IMG/VR virus record: IMGVR_UViG_3300025151_008080
Span: 6,760 to 70,759 of that record
Length of the DNA stretch: 64,000 nucleotides
Source: a virus
Strand: one strand, 5' to 3'
Shown: piece by piece, positions 37,753 through 48,376 of the stretch
Position numbering within the stretch: position 1 is the stretch's first letter
How the letters are laid out: every line of letters begins with the position of its first letter
The notes under the pieces: generated by a model
Databases searched by the model: none
What the model saw: only the letters and a program-made list of their open reading frames with translations
What the model was told of the DNA's origin: nothing
Position numbers and translations under genes: made by a program

Positions 37753-39569
37753 AGTATATAAATTTCGACTCTATAACTATAAAGAATTTTTTATCTGTTG
37801 GTAAAGACCTTGTTAAATTAGATCTCAAGAGAGGTTTAAATGTTATTACTGGCATCAATAAAGATAAAGAGGATAGAAGAAATGGTGTAGGAAAATCTAC
37901 AATCGCTGACGCTATTCATTTTGCAATTTTCGGAGAAACTATACGAGAATTATCTAAAGACTTTATTGTAAATTCAATAAACAAAAAAGATACATTTGTT
38001 GAATTATCTTTCTCGGTTAATGAAAATAACGATGTAAATAGATATAAAATAATTCGCAAACTAAAACCCACAAAATGTTATTTATTCGTAAATGATGTAG
38101 ATTTAACAGAGAGTACTATACCTAATACAAATAAAAAAATAAAAAGTATTCTCAATAGTTCCCCTGAAGTTTTTCAAAATTGTGTAATTATGTCGTTAAA
38201 TACTACCCTGCCATTTATGGCACAGAAAAAGGTAGAAAAACGAAAATTTATTGAAGGTATACTCAATTTAGAGATTTTTTCTAACATGTTACTCTCTGCG
38301 CGAGCTGAATATAATGATGTACAAAAGAAGTATGAAAGTATTACAAAAGATTTTGATCATGCTAGTAGTATACACAAATTATTAACAGATCAAAGAGATA
38401 ATATTATTAATACTGTTGCAGAGCAAAAAGACAAGATAGAAAAAAGAATTAAGATTATTGAAGGAGAAATTGAAGAAAATAATTCTAAAATTGAACCGAT
38501 TAATAAAGAATTATTCTATAAAAGTAAAGATAAATTTACTCAAATTACTGAGAAATTAGCTGATATATCTACTCAGTTGTCTAATATAAAAACTAAAATA
38601 ACTAGACACGAAACTGAAATAGAATTTCATAACAAAAAACTTCAAAGTATCGGTACAAAAGACGATACATGCCCTGTTTGTCTTCATAATATTACTACTA
38701 ACGATAGGGATCATATAGAGAGAGAAAAGGACAAACTTAAAAAAGATATCAGCAATTGTACTAATGATATAGAGAGTTTACACGTACAGGTTGATAGTAT
38801 CACTGATCTCAAAAAACAAAATATTAACGCTCAAAATAAACTAAAAGAGTATATTAATAACGTAAAGGCTACTAACAATAATAATAAACTGGCAAAGAAG
38901 TATGTAGAGAATTTACTTAAAGATAAAGAGAAAAATGTAAATGACTTACAGGAAGTTGAGAGTAGAGAGACTAGTGTTCAAATACAAGATCTTAATTTTA
39001 AAATAGAAAACAAATTAAAAGAGGTAAAGGAGCTTGAAGTATCAACTGATAGTATTTATAAGGACTTAGAGATTCTAGAAGTAGTAAAATATATATTATC
39101 TGAAGAAGGGGTTAAGTCGTTTATTGTAAAGAAAATACTTGATATTCTTAACAATCGCCTTCTTTTCTATCTACAAAAAATGGATGCAAATTGTGTTTGT
39201 AGATTTAATGAGTTCTTTGAAGAAGAGATAGTAAATGAAAAAGGAGAAAGTTGTTCATATTTTAATTTCTCTGGAGCAGAGAGAAAAAATATAGATTTAG
39301 CTATACTTTTCACCTTTATGGACATGAGAAGATTACAAGGAGATGTTGCGTACAATCTCGTAATGTTTGATGAACTGTTAGATAGTTCGTTAGACGAGAA
39401 GGGTGTTGAGTTAGTTCTTAATATACTCAAAGATAGGATAGAAAACTACAATGAAAGCATATATATTATTTCTCATAGAAAAGAATCTGTCAAAGCAGCC
39501 ACCGGGGATGTGATCATGCTAGAAAAGAAAAACGGTATTACGACGAGAGTGGATTTATTACAACAATAA
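37749..39569 (+). CDS. Recombination ATPase gp46 (Rad50/SbcC-like)
   Basis: KNFLSVG, NGVGKST, CPVC zinc hook, FSGAE, FDE and ISH. Confidence 0.93.
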   Translation: MKYINFDSITIKNFLSVGKDLVKLDLKRGLNVITGINKDKEDRRNGVGKSTIADAIHFAIFGETIRELSKDFIVNSINKKDTFVELSFSVNENNDVNRYKIIRKLKPTKCYLFVNDVDLTESTIPNTNKKIKSILNSSPEVFQNCVIMSLNTTLPFMAQKKVEKRKFIEGILNLEIFSNMLLSARAEYNDVQKKYESITKDFDHASSIHKLLTDQRDNIINTVAEQKDKIEKRIKIIEGEIEENNSKIEPINKELFYKSKDKFTQITEKLADISTQLSNIKTKITRHETEIEFHNKKLQSIGTKDDTCPVCLHNITTNDRDHIEREKDKLKKDISNCTNDIESLHVQVDSITDLKKQNINAQNKLKEYINNVKATNNNNKLAKKYVENLLKDKEKNVNDLQEVESRETSVQIQDLNFKIENKLKEVKELEVSTDSIYKDLEILEVVKYILSEEGVKSFIVKKILDILNNRLLFYLQKMDANCVCRFNEFFEEEIVNEKGESCSYFNFSGAERKNIDLAILFTFMDMRRLQGDVAYNLVMFDELLDSSLDEKGVELVLNILKDRIENYNESIYIISHRKESVKAATGDVIMLEKKNGITTRVDLLQQ

Positions 39570-39584
39570 ACATAAATTTATATA

Positions 39585-40817
39585 ATGTTTACACCGTTTC
39601 AACACAGTACTCAAAGGCTTCCATTTACTACTCCGAGAGTGGCGAACCCTCTAATGCCAGGTGTACAAAACCTTACCCAGGTAAATAAACCTAAAAAAGA
39701 TCCACACTCTGGTCCTGATCTTCCACGTGGTATTAATTTTTATGCTGATTATTCCGGGTGTGGTCATTGGAGAATGATTTGGCCAGAATTACTTTTAAAT
39801 AGCTATCAAAAACTCAACCTACAAGGTGGTACTGTGATGGTAGGTGATAAGAATTTTTATAGAGGTGTACGAACTATCCGTATACAACGACAAGCAACAG
39901 AACACCAATTAGCATATGTAAAGTGGTTAGTAGGTCTTAAGAAGGATTTTGATTTTAATATTGTATATGAGATTGATGATATAATTTTTAAAGAGGATAT
40001 ACCTCATTATAATAAATTTAGGTTTGCGTTTGAAGATCCTAACATACGCAAGTATAGTATGGAAATCATGCAATTATGTGACGAAGTTACCGTTACGAAT
40101 AAGTTCATGAAAGACTACTATACAGAAAAAACTGGTAATAAAAATATCACTATTATTCCTAATTTTATTCCAAAGTTCTGGATGGATAGATATTATGATA
40201 TAAACAAAATAAAAGAAAATTTTCAGAAGTATAAAAATAAACCAAGAGTTGTTTACTGTGGTAGTGGTGCACATTTTGATATAGATAATAATATCAAACA
40301 GAAAGATGACTTTTTCCATGTTAATGATGTAATAAGAAAAACTGTAAATGAAATACAATGGGTTTTCGTAGGTGGTTTTCCTTTATCCTTAAGAGATTTA
40401 GTTAAATCTAAAAAAATAGAATTCCATGAATGGTCATCCTTAGTAGATTATCCGAACGCTATTAGTAGACTAAACCCTACTCTATTCTACGCTCCTCTTG
40501 AAGATAATAATTTTAATAAAGCAAAGAGTGATTTAAAATTTATTGAAGCCTGTGCATTAGGTATACCAAGTATATGTCAGGATTTATGTACGTATCAGTC
40601 TGCATTTCATAAATTTAAAACAGGAGATGAATTAATTGATAAGATAAAAACATTAACTGGAGATCACAAGAAGTATGCTAAGGAAGTAAAGCAAGCTAGA
40701 AATTATATGAATAAAAGATGGATGGAAGACAATATTAATTATTATACAGAGCTTTATTCATTCAGCTATGGAGACGAGAGAAGAAAAATGTTAAATCTCG
40801 AGAACGGTATTACTTGA
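39585..40817 (+). CDS. GT-B fold glycosyltransferase embedded in the replication cluster
   Basis: ADYSGCGHWR, IQRQ, YEIDD, IPNF and APLEDNNFNKAKSDLKFIE; lies between gp46 and gp43. Confidence 0.8.
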   Translation: MFTPFQHSTQRLPFTTPRVANPLMPGVQNLTQVNKPKKDPHSGPDLPRGINFYADYSGCGHWRMIWPELLLNSYQKLNLQGGTVMVGDKNFYRGVRTIRIQRQATEHQLAYVKWLVGLKKDFDFNIVYEIDDIIFKEDIPHYNKFRFAFEDPNIRKYSMEIMQLCDEVTVTNKFMKDYYTEKTGNKNITIIPNFIPKFWMDRYYDINKIKENFQKYKNKPRVVYCGSGAHFDIDNNIKQKDDFFHVNDVIRKTVNEIQWVFVGGFPLSLRDLVKSKKIEFHEWSSLVDYPNAISRLNPTLFYAPLEDNNFNKAKSDLKFIEACALGIPSICQDLCTYQSAFHKFKTGDELIDKIKTLTGDHKKYAKEVKQARNYMNKRWMEDNINYYTELYSFSYGDERRKMLNLENGIT

Positions 40818-40849
40818 TTAAATTTGTTTTTGTGCATATAATTTAAAAA
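40814..40849 (+). promoter_or_regulatory. sigma70-like promoter of the DNA polymerase gene
   Basis: TTGATT(40814)-N17-TATAAT(40837)-N7-GTG(40850). Confidence 0.7.
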
Positions 40850-43507
40850 GTGTACAGAAACTTAGCATATATCCCTAATCAGCGCGTAATGCGATTATAC
40901 ACATGGGATGAAGATGGGGTTCGTATAGAGACAGATTGTCCATATGAGCCTTATTTTTATCACGAAACTAATGCTTCTCGTTATGACGCTATATCTCTTT
41001 ATGGTACTAAATTACGGAAAGTAATAAGTAGCAGTGAGCTAAATAGACGTAAACGCATCGAAGATCTTAATGATCATAAGATATATGAAAATATATCACC
41101 CTACCAACAATTCTTAGTCGATAGGTTTTGGGAGGTAAATGAGTCAAATGACTTTAGTAAACACCCTCTTAAGATTTGGTTTTTTGATATTGAGACATAT
41201 TCCCCAGACGAGTTTCCTAAACCTGAAGAAGCTAGTCATATGATCAACGTTATAACCATTTACGATTCTGTAGAAGAGTTATATTATACATGGGGAATAA
41301 ACCCGTACGAAACAGATCAAAAAGACGTAATATATACTCATTGTAAAAATGAAGCAGAACTATTACAGCGATTTTTAGATCACTATTGTAAGGATCGGCC
41401 TGATATTTTATCTGGTTGGAATAGTGAGATATTCGATATACCTTATATTATTAATAGAGTAAGAAACGTGTTAGGAGAAGAAGCTACACGTTTGTTTTCT
41501 CCAGTTCACTCCGAGATTATGAAGCCTATTTATCAGCGCATATATAGAGGTAATTTCGGCATGCAAACTATTAAGTACGTAGTTGAAGGAGTGTCTATGC
41601 TTGATTACTTAGATGTATATAAAACATTTAGTATGGGCATGAGAGATAGTTATAAACTTGATAATATTGCGCATATAGAGCTTGGAGAAAATAAGGTTGA
41701 TATTGGAGATACTAATCTAGCAGAACTATCTCTTAATGATTGGAAAACATTTGTAGACTACAATATTCATGATGTTAGATTGCTTGTCCGGTTAGAAGCA
41801 AAACTAATGTATATGGATTTAGCTAGAATGCTTTCGTATGTTGGTCTTACTCCTTTCAACGCTGCGTTAGGTACTATTAGTACAGTAAATGGTCGTGCTA
41901 TAGTTGAAGCGAGAAAGCAAGACCCACCAAGAGTTATACCTACTTTTATTAAGGGAGATGATCGTACAGAAAAGTATGAAGGGGCTTATGTGGGAGAACC
42001 GCAAAGAGGTTTTCAGAATAATATTATTTCTTTTGATGCAAACTCTCTATACCCTAGTGTGATGATAACTCTTAATCTTAGTCCTGAGACAAAAGTTGGA
42101 AGTATTATAGGTACACAAGGAGATAAAGTTTATATCAAAACTGTCAATAATAAAGACATAGAAATGTCTTATAAGGATTTTACTAAGTGGTGTGAGAAAA
42201 ATGAAATCGCTGTAACAAGAGCAAAAAAATTATTCTCTCAAAAGAATAAAGGAATCTTTCCTAAAATTACTGATCACTTTTATGATATAAGAAAAGGTAA
42301 AAAGAAAGAATGGACGGAGGAGAGAGAAAGAAAAAGAGAACTTACTGAAAAATTAAGTAAATTAACTGATGAAAAAGAGATAGAAGAGACTAATAAACTC
42401 ATCAAAGCATCTCAATATAAAATTGATCAATTATGGATTTGGCAGTTTACGTTGAAGATTCTTATTAATCGTATTTACGGATATTTTGGTAATAAAATCT
42501 CACAAATGGGTGATGGAGATATAGCTAGATCTATCACACTAACTGGTAGAGATGTAATCAAGCAGAGTAATATTATTCTCAAGCAATATATAAAAGAAAA
42601 AACCGGTCTTACTGAGAGTCAATTAAGCAAATCAGACCCAATTATATATAACGATACAGATAGTTCATATTGTACTATAACACCTCTTTTAGATCATATG
42701 GGTATTACTTTACATGATAATAAAAAAGTGAATCCAGAGGTCTATGACTTAGTACAAGACATAGAAGATTACCTAAACAGACATATTGAAAAATGGGCTC
42801 GTGATACATTACTCACTAAAGACCCTAGGTTTGTATTTAAGAGAGAGTCTATTTGTGATAAAGGTATTTTTCTGCAAAAGAAACGATATGTACTTCATAA
42901 ACTAGATGATGAAGGAGTCGCTTGTGATGCATTTAAATATACTGGTGTAGAGGTAGTACGTACGACTATGCCTAACGCTATCAAACCATATGTTAAGAAA
43001 ATAATTGAACATATGATTATGACTGGTGATAGAAAATCTACAAATGATCTCTTCGAAGAGACATATGAGATATTTAAGTCTCTTCCTATCAGAGATATTG
43101 CGTTTGTAATGGGTATAAAGGAGTACGAAAAGTACAGTGTGTATACTGAGGGTTGGAAAGTTAAGAAAGGAACTCCAATCCACGTAAAGTCTTCTATTTA
43201 TTATAACAAATTATTAGAACACTATAATATATCAGGTAAACATGAACTAATAGGATCTGGAGATAAAATTAGATATTTTTATACTGTTACCCCTAATAAG
43301 TTTGGTCTTACTTCTCTTGGATTCAAATACGATTTACCACCTGAATTTGAGGCAGACTTTAAAATAGACTATGAAAAGATGTTTGACAAAATTGTATATA
43401 GTGTAATAGATAGATTCTATGAGAACGTAGATTGGAAATCGTTTAAACCGGGTGAAGTTATGAATGTAGATTTATTTGATTTCTTTAAAGTAGAAGTTGC
43501 AAATTAA
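40850..43507 (+). CDS. Family B DNA polymerase gp43
   Basis: Exonuclease motifs FDIET, GWN..FD and YNIHD; polymerase motifs SFDANSLYP, KILINRIYG, YNDTDS and KKRY. Confidence 0.97.
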   Translation: MYRNLAYIPNQRVMRLYTWDEDGVRIETDCPYEPYFYHETNASRYDAISLYGTKLRKVISSSELNRRKRIEDLNDHKIYENISPYQQFLVDRFWEVNESNDFSKHPLKIWFFDIETYSPDEFPKPEEASHMINVITIYDSVEELYYTWGINPYETDQKDVIYTHCKNEAELLQRFLDHYCKDRPDILSGWNSEIFDIPYIINRVRNVLGEEATRLFSPVHSEIMKPIYQRIYRGNFGMQTIKYVVEGVSMLDYLDVYKTFSMGMRDSYKLDNIAHIELGENKVDIGDTNLAELSLNDWKTFVDYNIHDVRLLVRLEAKLMYMDLARMLSYVGLTPFNAALGTISTVNGRAIVEARKQDPPRVIPTFIKGDDRTEKYEGAYVGEPQRGFQNNIISFDANSLYPSVMITLNLSPETKVGSIIGTQGDKVYIKTVNNKDIEMSYKDFTKWCEKNEIAVTRAKKLFSQKNKGIFPKITDHFYDIRKGKKKEWTEERERKRELTEKLSKLTDEKEIEETNKLIKASQYKIDQLWIWQFTLKILINRIYGYFGNKISQMGDGDIARSITLTGRDVIKQSNIILKQYIKEKTGLTESQLSKSDPIIYNDTDSSYCTITPLLDHMGITLHDNKKVNPEVYDLVQDIEDYLNRHIEKWARDTLLTKDPRFVFKRESICDKGIFLQKKRYVLHKLDDEGVACDAFKYTGVEVVRTTMPNAIKPYVKKIIEHMIMTGDRKSTNDLFEETYEIFKSLPIRDIAFVMGIKEYEKYSVYTEGWKVKKGTPIHVKSSIYYNKLLEHYNISGKHELIGSGDKIRYFYTVTPNKFGLTSLGFKYDLPPEFEADFKIDYEKMFDKIVYSVIDRFYENVDWKSFKPGEVMNVDLFDFFKVEVAN

Positions 43508-43530
43508 AAATTGTATACTACAATACGTGT

Positions 43531-43890
43531 ATGGATATAATTACGTATGTAGATAGTATAGGTAGAACTTGTTTTGGAGAGTTAGTTGAAGAGACTAGTG
43601 ATTTTGTCAAAGTCAAGGCTCCTGCGATGATTATGGTTACTCCGAATGATCCGAGTAATATGAAAGTTGATGTGATGCCTTTGTTTTTTACTGAATTCTC
43701 TAATGGAGAATTACCTATTTTCAATTATAAAACTACACAGATTGTAAAAGTCGATGTAGATATTTCAGATAAAATCTTAGTGCACTACGAGGCTAAGATT
43801 AATGTGAAACAGGAACCGAACCCTGAACCAGTACCAGAAACCTTGGAAGAAGAAGTACCTGAAATTGCCTTGTTCGAAGAAAGTAAGTAA
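43531..43890 (+). CDS. Hypothetical small beta (Sm-like) protein with acidic tail
   Basis: 119 aa; own promoter TTGCAA-N16-TACAAT-N6-ATG. Confidence 0.6.
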   Translation: MDIITYVDSIGRTCFGELVEETSDFVKVKAPAMIMVTPNDPSNMKVDVMPLFFTEFSNGELPIFNYKTTQIVKVDVDISDKILVHYEAKINVKQEPNPEPVPETLEEEVPEIALFEESK

Positions 43891-43891
43891 T

Positions 43892-44980
43892 ATGTCTAAA
43901 CTCGCTGATAAAGTATTTGCTAAATTGCAAAAATTAAATCAAAACGCAACAACACTAGAAAATAATACTCTTAGTAATGTCACTGATTGGATTGATACTG
44001 GTTGTTTTGTATTAAATTCTATCCTTTCAGGTTCTATTTATGGTGGTGTACCTAAAGGTAGAATTACAATTTTTGGTGGGGAATCCGGATGTGGGAAGAC
44101 ATTCATTCTCAATAAGATTTTAGCAAATGCTCAGCGAAAAGGCATGATACCTATTATTTTTGATACAGAGGTTGCTGTTGAAACAGAAGGTGCTAAAAAC
44201 GTCGGTTTAGATACTAGTAATGTAAAGTATGTTCCAGTAGATACTGTTGAGAGTTGTCGTAATCAAATGATGGCTTTTCTTGACGATGTCGAAAAAGAAC
44301 CTGAGTTACATGGTAAGTTTATTATCTCTATCGATTCGTTAGGTAACCTTGCGTCGGAAAAAGAAATTAACGACGCGCATTCGAACAAAGGAGCCATGGA
44401 TATGGGACTACGAGCTAAGCAATTAAAATCCATGATGCGTATGATAACGTTTAAAGCTGCAGTAACTGGTACAACAGTTATATGTAGTAATCATACCTAT
44501 GCTGATCCTGGAGCTTTACATCCAACGCTAGTAAAGCAACAAGCTGGTGGTTCTGGTCCTATATACATGGCTTCTATTCTTGTTCAAATGGCTGCAAAGA
44601 AAGAAAAGACAGACGCTTCAAACGAAAGCGATGAAGCGATTTCAGAGAGTAGAAATTATTCTGGTGTTACATTGAGAATGTTAACAGTAAAAAATAGATT
44701 TATACCTGCTTTCTTACAAGGAGAGGTGTACTTAAACTTTAAAACTGGTTTAGAGAAATATTCCGGTCTAAAAGATATCGCTGTAGCGCACGGTATTATA
44801 CAACAAAACGGTTCTACGTATGCAATGGGAGAGCAAAAACTAGGTTATTACAAGAATTGGCGCAATAATGATGAAGTATGGAATAATATTCTTCCTAAGA
44901 TAGAATCATCTATAAATGAAAAGTACCGGTATGGTAAGTCGTTAGACGAACCCACTATTTTAGAGCAAGATAATGAGTAA
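43892..44980 (+). CDS. uvsX: RecA-like recombinase UvsX
   Basis: WIDTG..LN, GESGCGKT, FDTE, IDSLG, DMG.RAK, GGSG and KNRF; ATG at 43892 preferred. Confidence 0.93.
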   Translation: MSKLADKVFAKLQKLNQNATTLENNTLSNVTDWIDTGCFVLNSILSGSIYGGVPKGRITIFGGESGCGKTFILNKILANAQRKGMIPIIFDTEVAVETEGAKNVGLDTSNVKYVPVDTVESCRNQMMAFLDDVEKEPELHGKFIISIDSLGNLASEKEINDAHSNKGAMDMGLRAKQLKSMMRMITFKAAVTGTTVICSNHTYADPGALHPTLVKQQAGGSGPIYMASILVQMAAKKEKTDASNESDEAISESRNYSGVTLRMLTVKNRFIPAFLQGEVYLNFKTGLEKYSGLKDIAVAHGIIQQNGSTYAMGEQKLGYYKNWRNNDEVWNNILPKIESSINEKYRYGKSLDEPTILEQDNE

Positions 44981-45689
44981 AGCAGTAGTACCTATTTCAG
45001 GAGGGTTAGATAGTTCGGTAATCTTAAGTTTAGCCGCCGCGGCTCATGATGAGATTTATGCGCTAACGTATGATTATGGTCAAAAGCATACAAAAGAAAT
45101 TATATATGCTGGCATACAAATTGATAATTATGATAATATCGAAGAGCATAAAGTTATTGATATAAGTTTCTTTAAAGATATTGCCCCAACATCCTCTCTA
45201 ACTAACAATAAAATAAAAGTAGCACATGCTCGAGATGTACTAGGAGATGCGCAAACTGTAAATTATGTTCCGTTCCGTAATATGATGATGTTATCTATTG
45301 CATGTTCGTATGCAGAAGCAGTCGGAGCTGATACGGTATATCATGGTTCTGCTCTTGTAGACAGTCAAGCAGGTTATTGGGATGGAAGTAAAGAATTCTT
45401 AGAACAAATTAACAACGTTACTAGCTTAAACAGAAAGAATAAAATACAAATAAAAGCCCCACTAATTAAACTATCTAAAAAAGAAATTATACAATTAGGT
45501 ATAGATAATAACGTTCAGTTTGAAGATACCTGGACGTGTTACGAAGGAGAAGAGAAAGCATGTGGTTACTGTACTGCTTGTAGCTCTCGCATACAAGGGT
45601 TTTTACAAAATAAACTTATTGATCCGGTTGAATACAAACGAGAAGATATTCCATGGGTGAGAATAGTTGATTTACATATGAAAGGTTAA
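44973..45689 (+). CDS. queC: 7-cyano-7-deazaguanine synthase
   Basis: SGGLDS, YGQKH, YVPFRN, APL and TWTCY......CGYCTAC..R. Confidence 0.95.
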   Translation: MSKAVVPISGGLDSSVILSLAAAAHDEIYALTYDYGQKHTKEIIYAGIQIDNYDNIEEHKVIDISFFKDIAPTSSLTNNKIKVAHARDVLGDAQTVNYVPFRNMMMLSIACSYAEAVGADTVYHGSALVDSQAGYWDGSKEFLEQINNVTSLNRKNKIQIKAPLIKLSKKEIIQLGIDNNVQFEDTWTCYEGEEKACGYCTACSSRIQGFLQNKLIDPVEYKREDIPWVRIVDLHMKG

Positions 45690-45703
45690 TATAATATAAA
45701 ATT

Positions 45704-46348
45704 ATGTGTGGAATATTTGGATCAAACGATATAGAAACATTTAGAAAACTATATACGAAAAACCTAGATAGGGGTAATTTTGTCAGATCAGTAACGATGT
45801 TATTTCCAGCGGGAGTAAAAAGTAATACAAACATTACTACGACATATGAGGTAGACTTAGATAAAAAAATACCTGAAAGTAAATATTGTGTTTACTATTT
45901 AGGACATGTACAATCTCCGACCTCTTCAGTAAGAGAGTTCGATGCAAAAACTTCTCACCCGTATGATTTAAATAGTCAATATCTAGCGCATAATGGTGTT
46001 TTAGAAAACGATAGAGAGCTAATCGATAAAATGAAACTAGAAAACTATAATGATGTAGATAGTAGTATTATTTTACCATTAATAGAAAAAGCTGGTTTCG
46101 TTGAAGGTATTGAAATGTTACAAGGAACGTTTGGATGTTGGTATTATAACGCCAGTGACGCAACGTTAAAGATTTTTCGCAGTGGTTCTACCTTATTTAT
46201 AGACCATAAGCATAGTAGCTTTACATCAGCAAGTCAAACGGGATACAACTTAGTGAATGAAGGGGAGATCCTAGAATATAACTTCACTAGTAGAAAATTT
46301 TATAAATCAAATACTTTTAAATTAAATTCTGTTCCGTTCTTTCTATGA
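45704..46348 (+). CDS. Class II (Ntn) glutamine amidotransferase
   Basis: N-terminal MCGIFG, RG, LGH...PT, HP, AHNG and DS; own promoter TTGATT-N17-TATAAT-N8-ATG. Confidence 0.85.
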   Translation: MCGIFGSNDIETFRKLYTKNLDRGNFVRSVTMLFPAGVKSNTNITTTYEVDLDKKIPESKYCVYYLGHVQSPTSSVREFDAKTSHPYDLNSQYLAHNGVLENDRELIDKMKLENYNDVDSSIILPLIEKAGFVEGIEMLQGTFGCWYYNASDATLKIFRSGSTLFIDHKHSSFTSASQTGYNLVNEGEILEYNFTSRKFYKSNTFKLNSVPFFL

Positions 46349-47043
46349 AAACGCTTATTGCGACAGCTACTAAATATAATCAAAAACAATATGAGACTGT
46401 ATCAAAGCTACATCAAAGCTTAAGACTGCACAGTAGTTATTATGATTGTATACCTACGTATGAAAATAAAGATGGTTTATGCAAGGTTTACAATAGATAT
46501 TTAGAACAATATTCAGATGATTACGAGTGTATAATATTCGTACATGATGATGTATTTATTGACAGTGTTTCATTCGTTGATACAATCAAATTATTATTTG
46601 CAAATAATTATAGTGTTGTCGGTTTAGCTGGTGGTAGTAATTTAAAAATAAAAAAACCATGTTTATGGCATTTACTAACTAACAAAAATACTCAATCAGG
46701 TATAGTTTCTCACTATTTAAGAGAGTTTAATTCTCCTGGCGCGTACGTGCCTACTATTTTCGGACAAACCCCTAAACCGGTTGTATTATTAGATGGTTTG
46801 TTTTTAGCGTTAAACACAAAAGATATTAAAAAACACAATATAAAGTTCGACGAAAACATTGCAGGTTTTCATCACTATGATTTAAAATTTAGTATTGATT
46901 GCTATCTAAAAGGTTTAAAGTTAACTACTGCACCAATACATGTTATCCACGAATCTCCTGGCTTGACTAATATGACAAAAGAGTATATAACATCTGAGGA
47001 ATATTTGTACAAATTCTTAGAATCACATGGTAACAGAAAATAA
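46345..47043 (+). CDS. GT-A glycosyltransferase (GT2-like) coupled to the amidotransferase and helicase genes
   Basis: GL..VYN, IFVHDDV, VVGLAG, LDGLFLA, FDE...FHHYD and H.SPG; ATGA overlap with gat. Confidence 0.8.
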   Translation: MKTLIATATKYNQKQYETVSKLHQSLRLHSSYYDCIPTYENKDGLCKVYNRYLEQYSDDYECIIFVHDDVFIDSVSFVDTIKLLFANNYSVVGLAGGSNLKIKKPCLWHLLTNKNTQSGIVSHYLREFNSPGAYVPTIFGQTPKPVVLLDGLFLALNTKDIKKHNIKFDENIAGFHHYDLKFSIDCYLKGLKLTTAPIHVIHESPGLTNMTKEYITSEEYLYKFLESHGNRK

Positions 47044-48367
47044 AGATTATTTAGATTTAGATTTAAATTTACTTGAAAAAATTATATTCAAGAATTGTTT
47101 AGATAATGAGGTTTATTTATCTACAATTATTGATGCATTACACTTCAAGTTCTTTAAAGATAAAGATATACAACAAATTGTAAAACTAATACAAGCTTTA
47201 TATAAAAAGAATAATTCAAGACCATCAAAAACTGAACTTGAGTTATACTTGAATAGTGATCAATTAAAGTCCCATTATGAAAAATGTAAAACATTAACTA
47301 ATAATCTTGAAAGTGATTTAGATGAAGATCAGCTCTATAAGTATACCGAAAGATTTTTACAAGAGCAAGCAGTATATAGTACATTCTTAGACATTATTGA
47401 TAGTAAGGAGCGCAATGTACAAAACATATATGATAAATTTACTAAAGCATGCAATATATCGATTAATACAAATGTAGGTCATGATTATTTTTATGATTTA
47501 GAAGATCATATTACTAATTTGACTGTAAAAGAATCAAAAATTAAATCCGGGTGGAATTGGTTGGATGAAAAATTTGGAGGTGGTTTTCAAGAAACTGGTA
47601 AGAGTTTGTATATATTCGCTGGACAGTCAAATGTAGGTAAATCTATATTTCTTAGCAATGTAGCTACTAATGTAGTAAAGAGTGGAAGAAATGTTTTGAT
47701 TATATCTCTTGAAATGTCAGAGATGATATACAATAAGAGAATTACATCATGTTTAACTGGACTACCTATTAATCATCTGAAAGACCACGTTAGTACATTA
47801 AGAGAAAAAGTACAAACGTTTAAAGCCACAACCCCTAGTTCAAATCTAGTAGTAAAAGAGTTTCCACCTAACAGTATTACAGCGTCTCAAATAGAAGGTT
47901 ATATTAAAAAACTTATAAATAAAAAGTTTAAACCTGATATTATTGTTCTTGATTATTTAAATCTACTCGCAGGTACAGGTAATAACACATATGAAAAGAT
48001 TAAACATATTGCTGAGGATGTAAGAGCTTTAACTTACAAGTTTGAATGCCCTATAGTAACTGCAACTCAATTAAATAGAACAGGTTATAATACTAATGAC
48101 GCTCCAGAGCTAGATAGTATAGGAGAGAGTTATGGTTTAGGAGCTACAGCAGATGGTATTGTGAGTATATGGCGGACAGAGGAAGATGAAGAAGATAATG
48201 CGATCCATATCAAAGTAATCAAGAATAGAGATGGGGATAATTTTAGTAGTACAAGATTAGCTATCGATTATAACACCCTTACTATTACTGAGAATACTGA
48301 TTTGAATATCAATCAAGATATAAGTAATGCTGAAGATGATGCTGTCAATTCCGGGAGGGAGGTATAA
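47027..48367 (+). CDS. Replicative DnaB-like helicase gp41
   Basis: GQSNVGKS, SLEMSE, VKEFP, LDYLNL, TATQLNR, ESYGL and KNR.G. Confidence 0.93.
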   Translation: MVTENKDYLDLDLNLLEKIIFKNCLDNEVYLSTIIDALHFKFFKDKDIQQIVKLIQALYKKNNSRPSKTELELYLNSDQLKSHYEKCKTLTNNLESDLDEDQLYKYTERFLQEQAVYSTFLDIIDSKERNVQNIYDKFTKACNISINTNVGHDYFYDLEDHITNLTVKESKIKSGWNWLDEKFGGGFQETGKSLYIFAGQSNVGKSIFLSNVATNVVKSGRNVLIISLEMSEMIYNKRITSCLTGLPINHLKDHVSTLREKVQTFKATTPSSNLVVKEFPPNSITASQIEGYIKKLINKKFKPDIIVLDYLNLLAGTGNNTYEKIKHIAEDVRALTYKFECPIVTATQLNRTGYNTNDAPELDSIGESYGLGATADGIVSIWRTEEDEEDNAIHIKVIKNRDGDNFSSTRLAIDYNTLTITENTDLNINQDISNAEDDAVNSGREV

Positions 48368-48376
48368 ATACTACAA

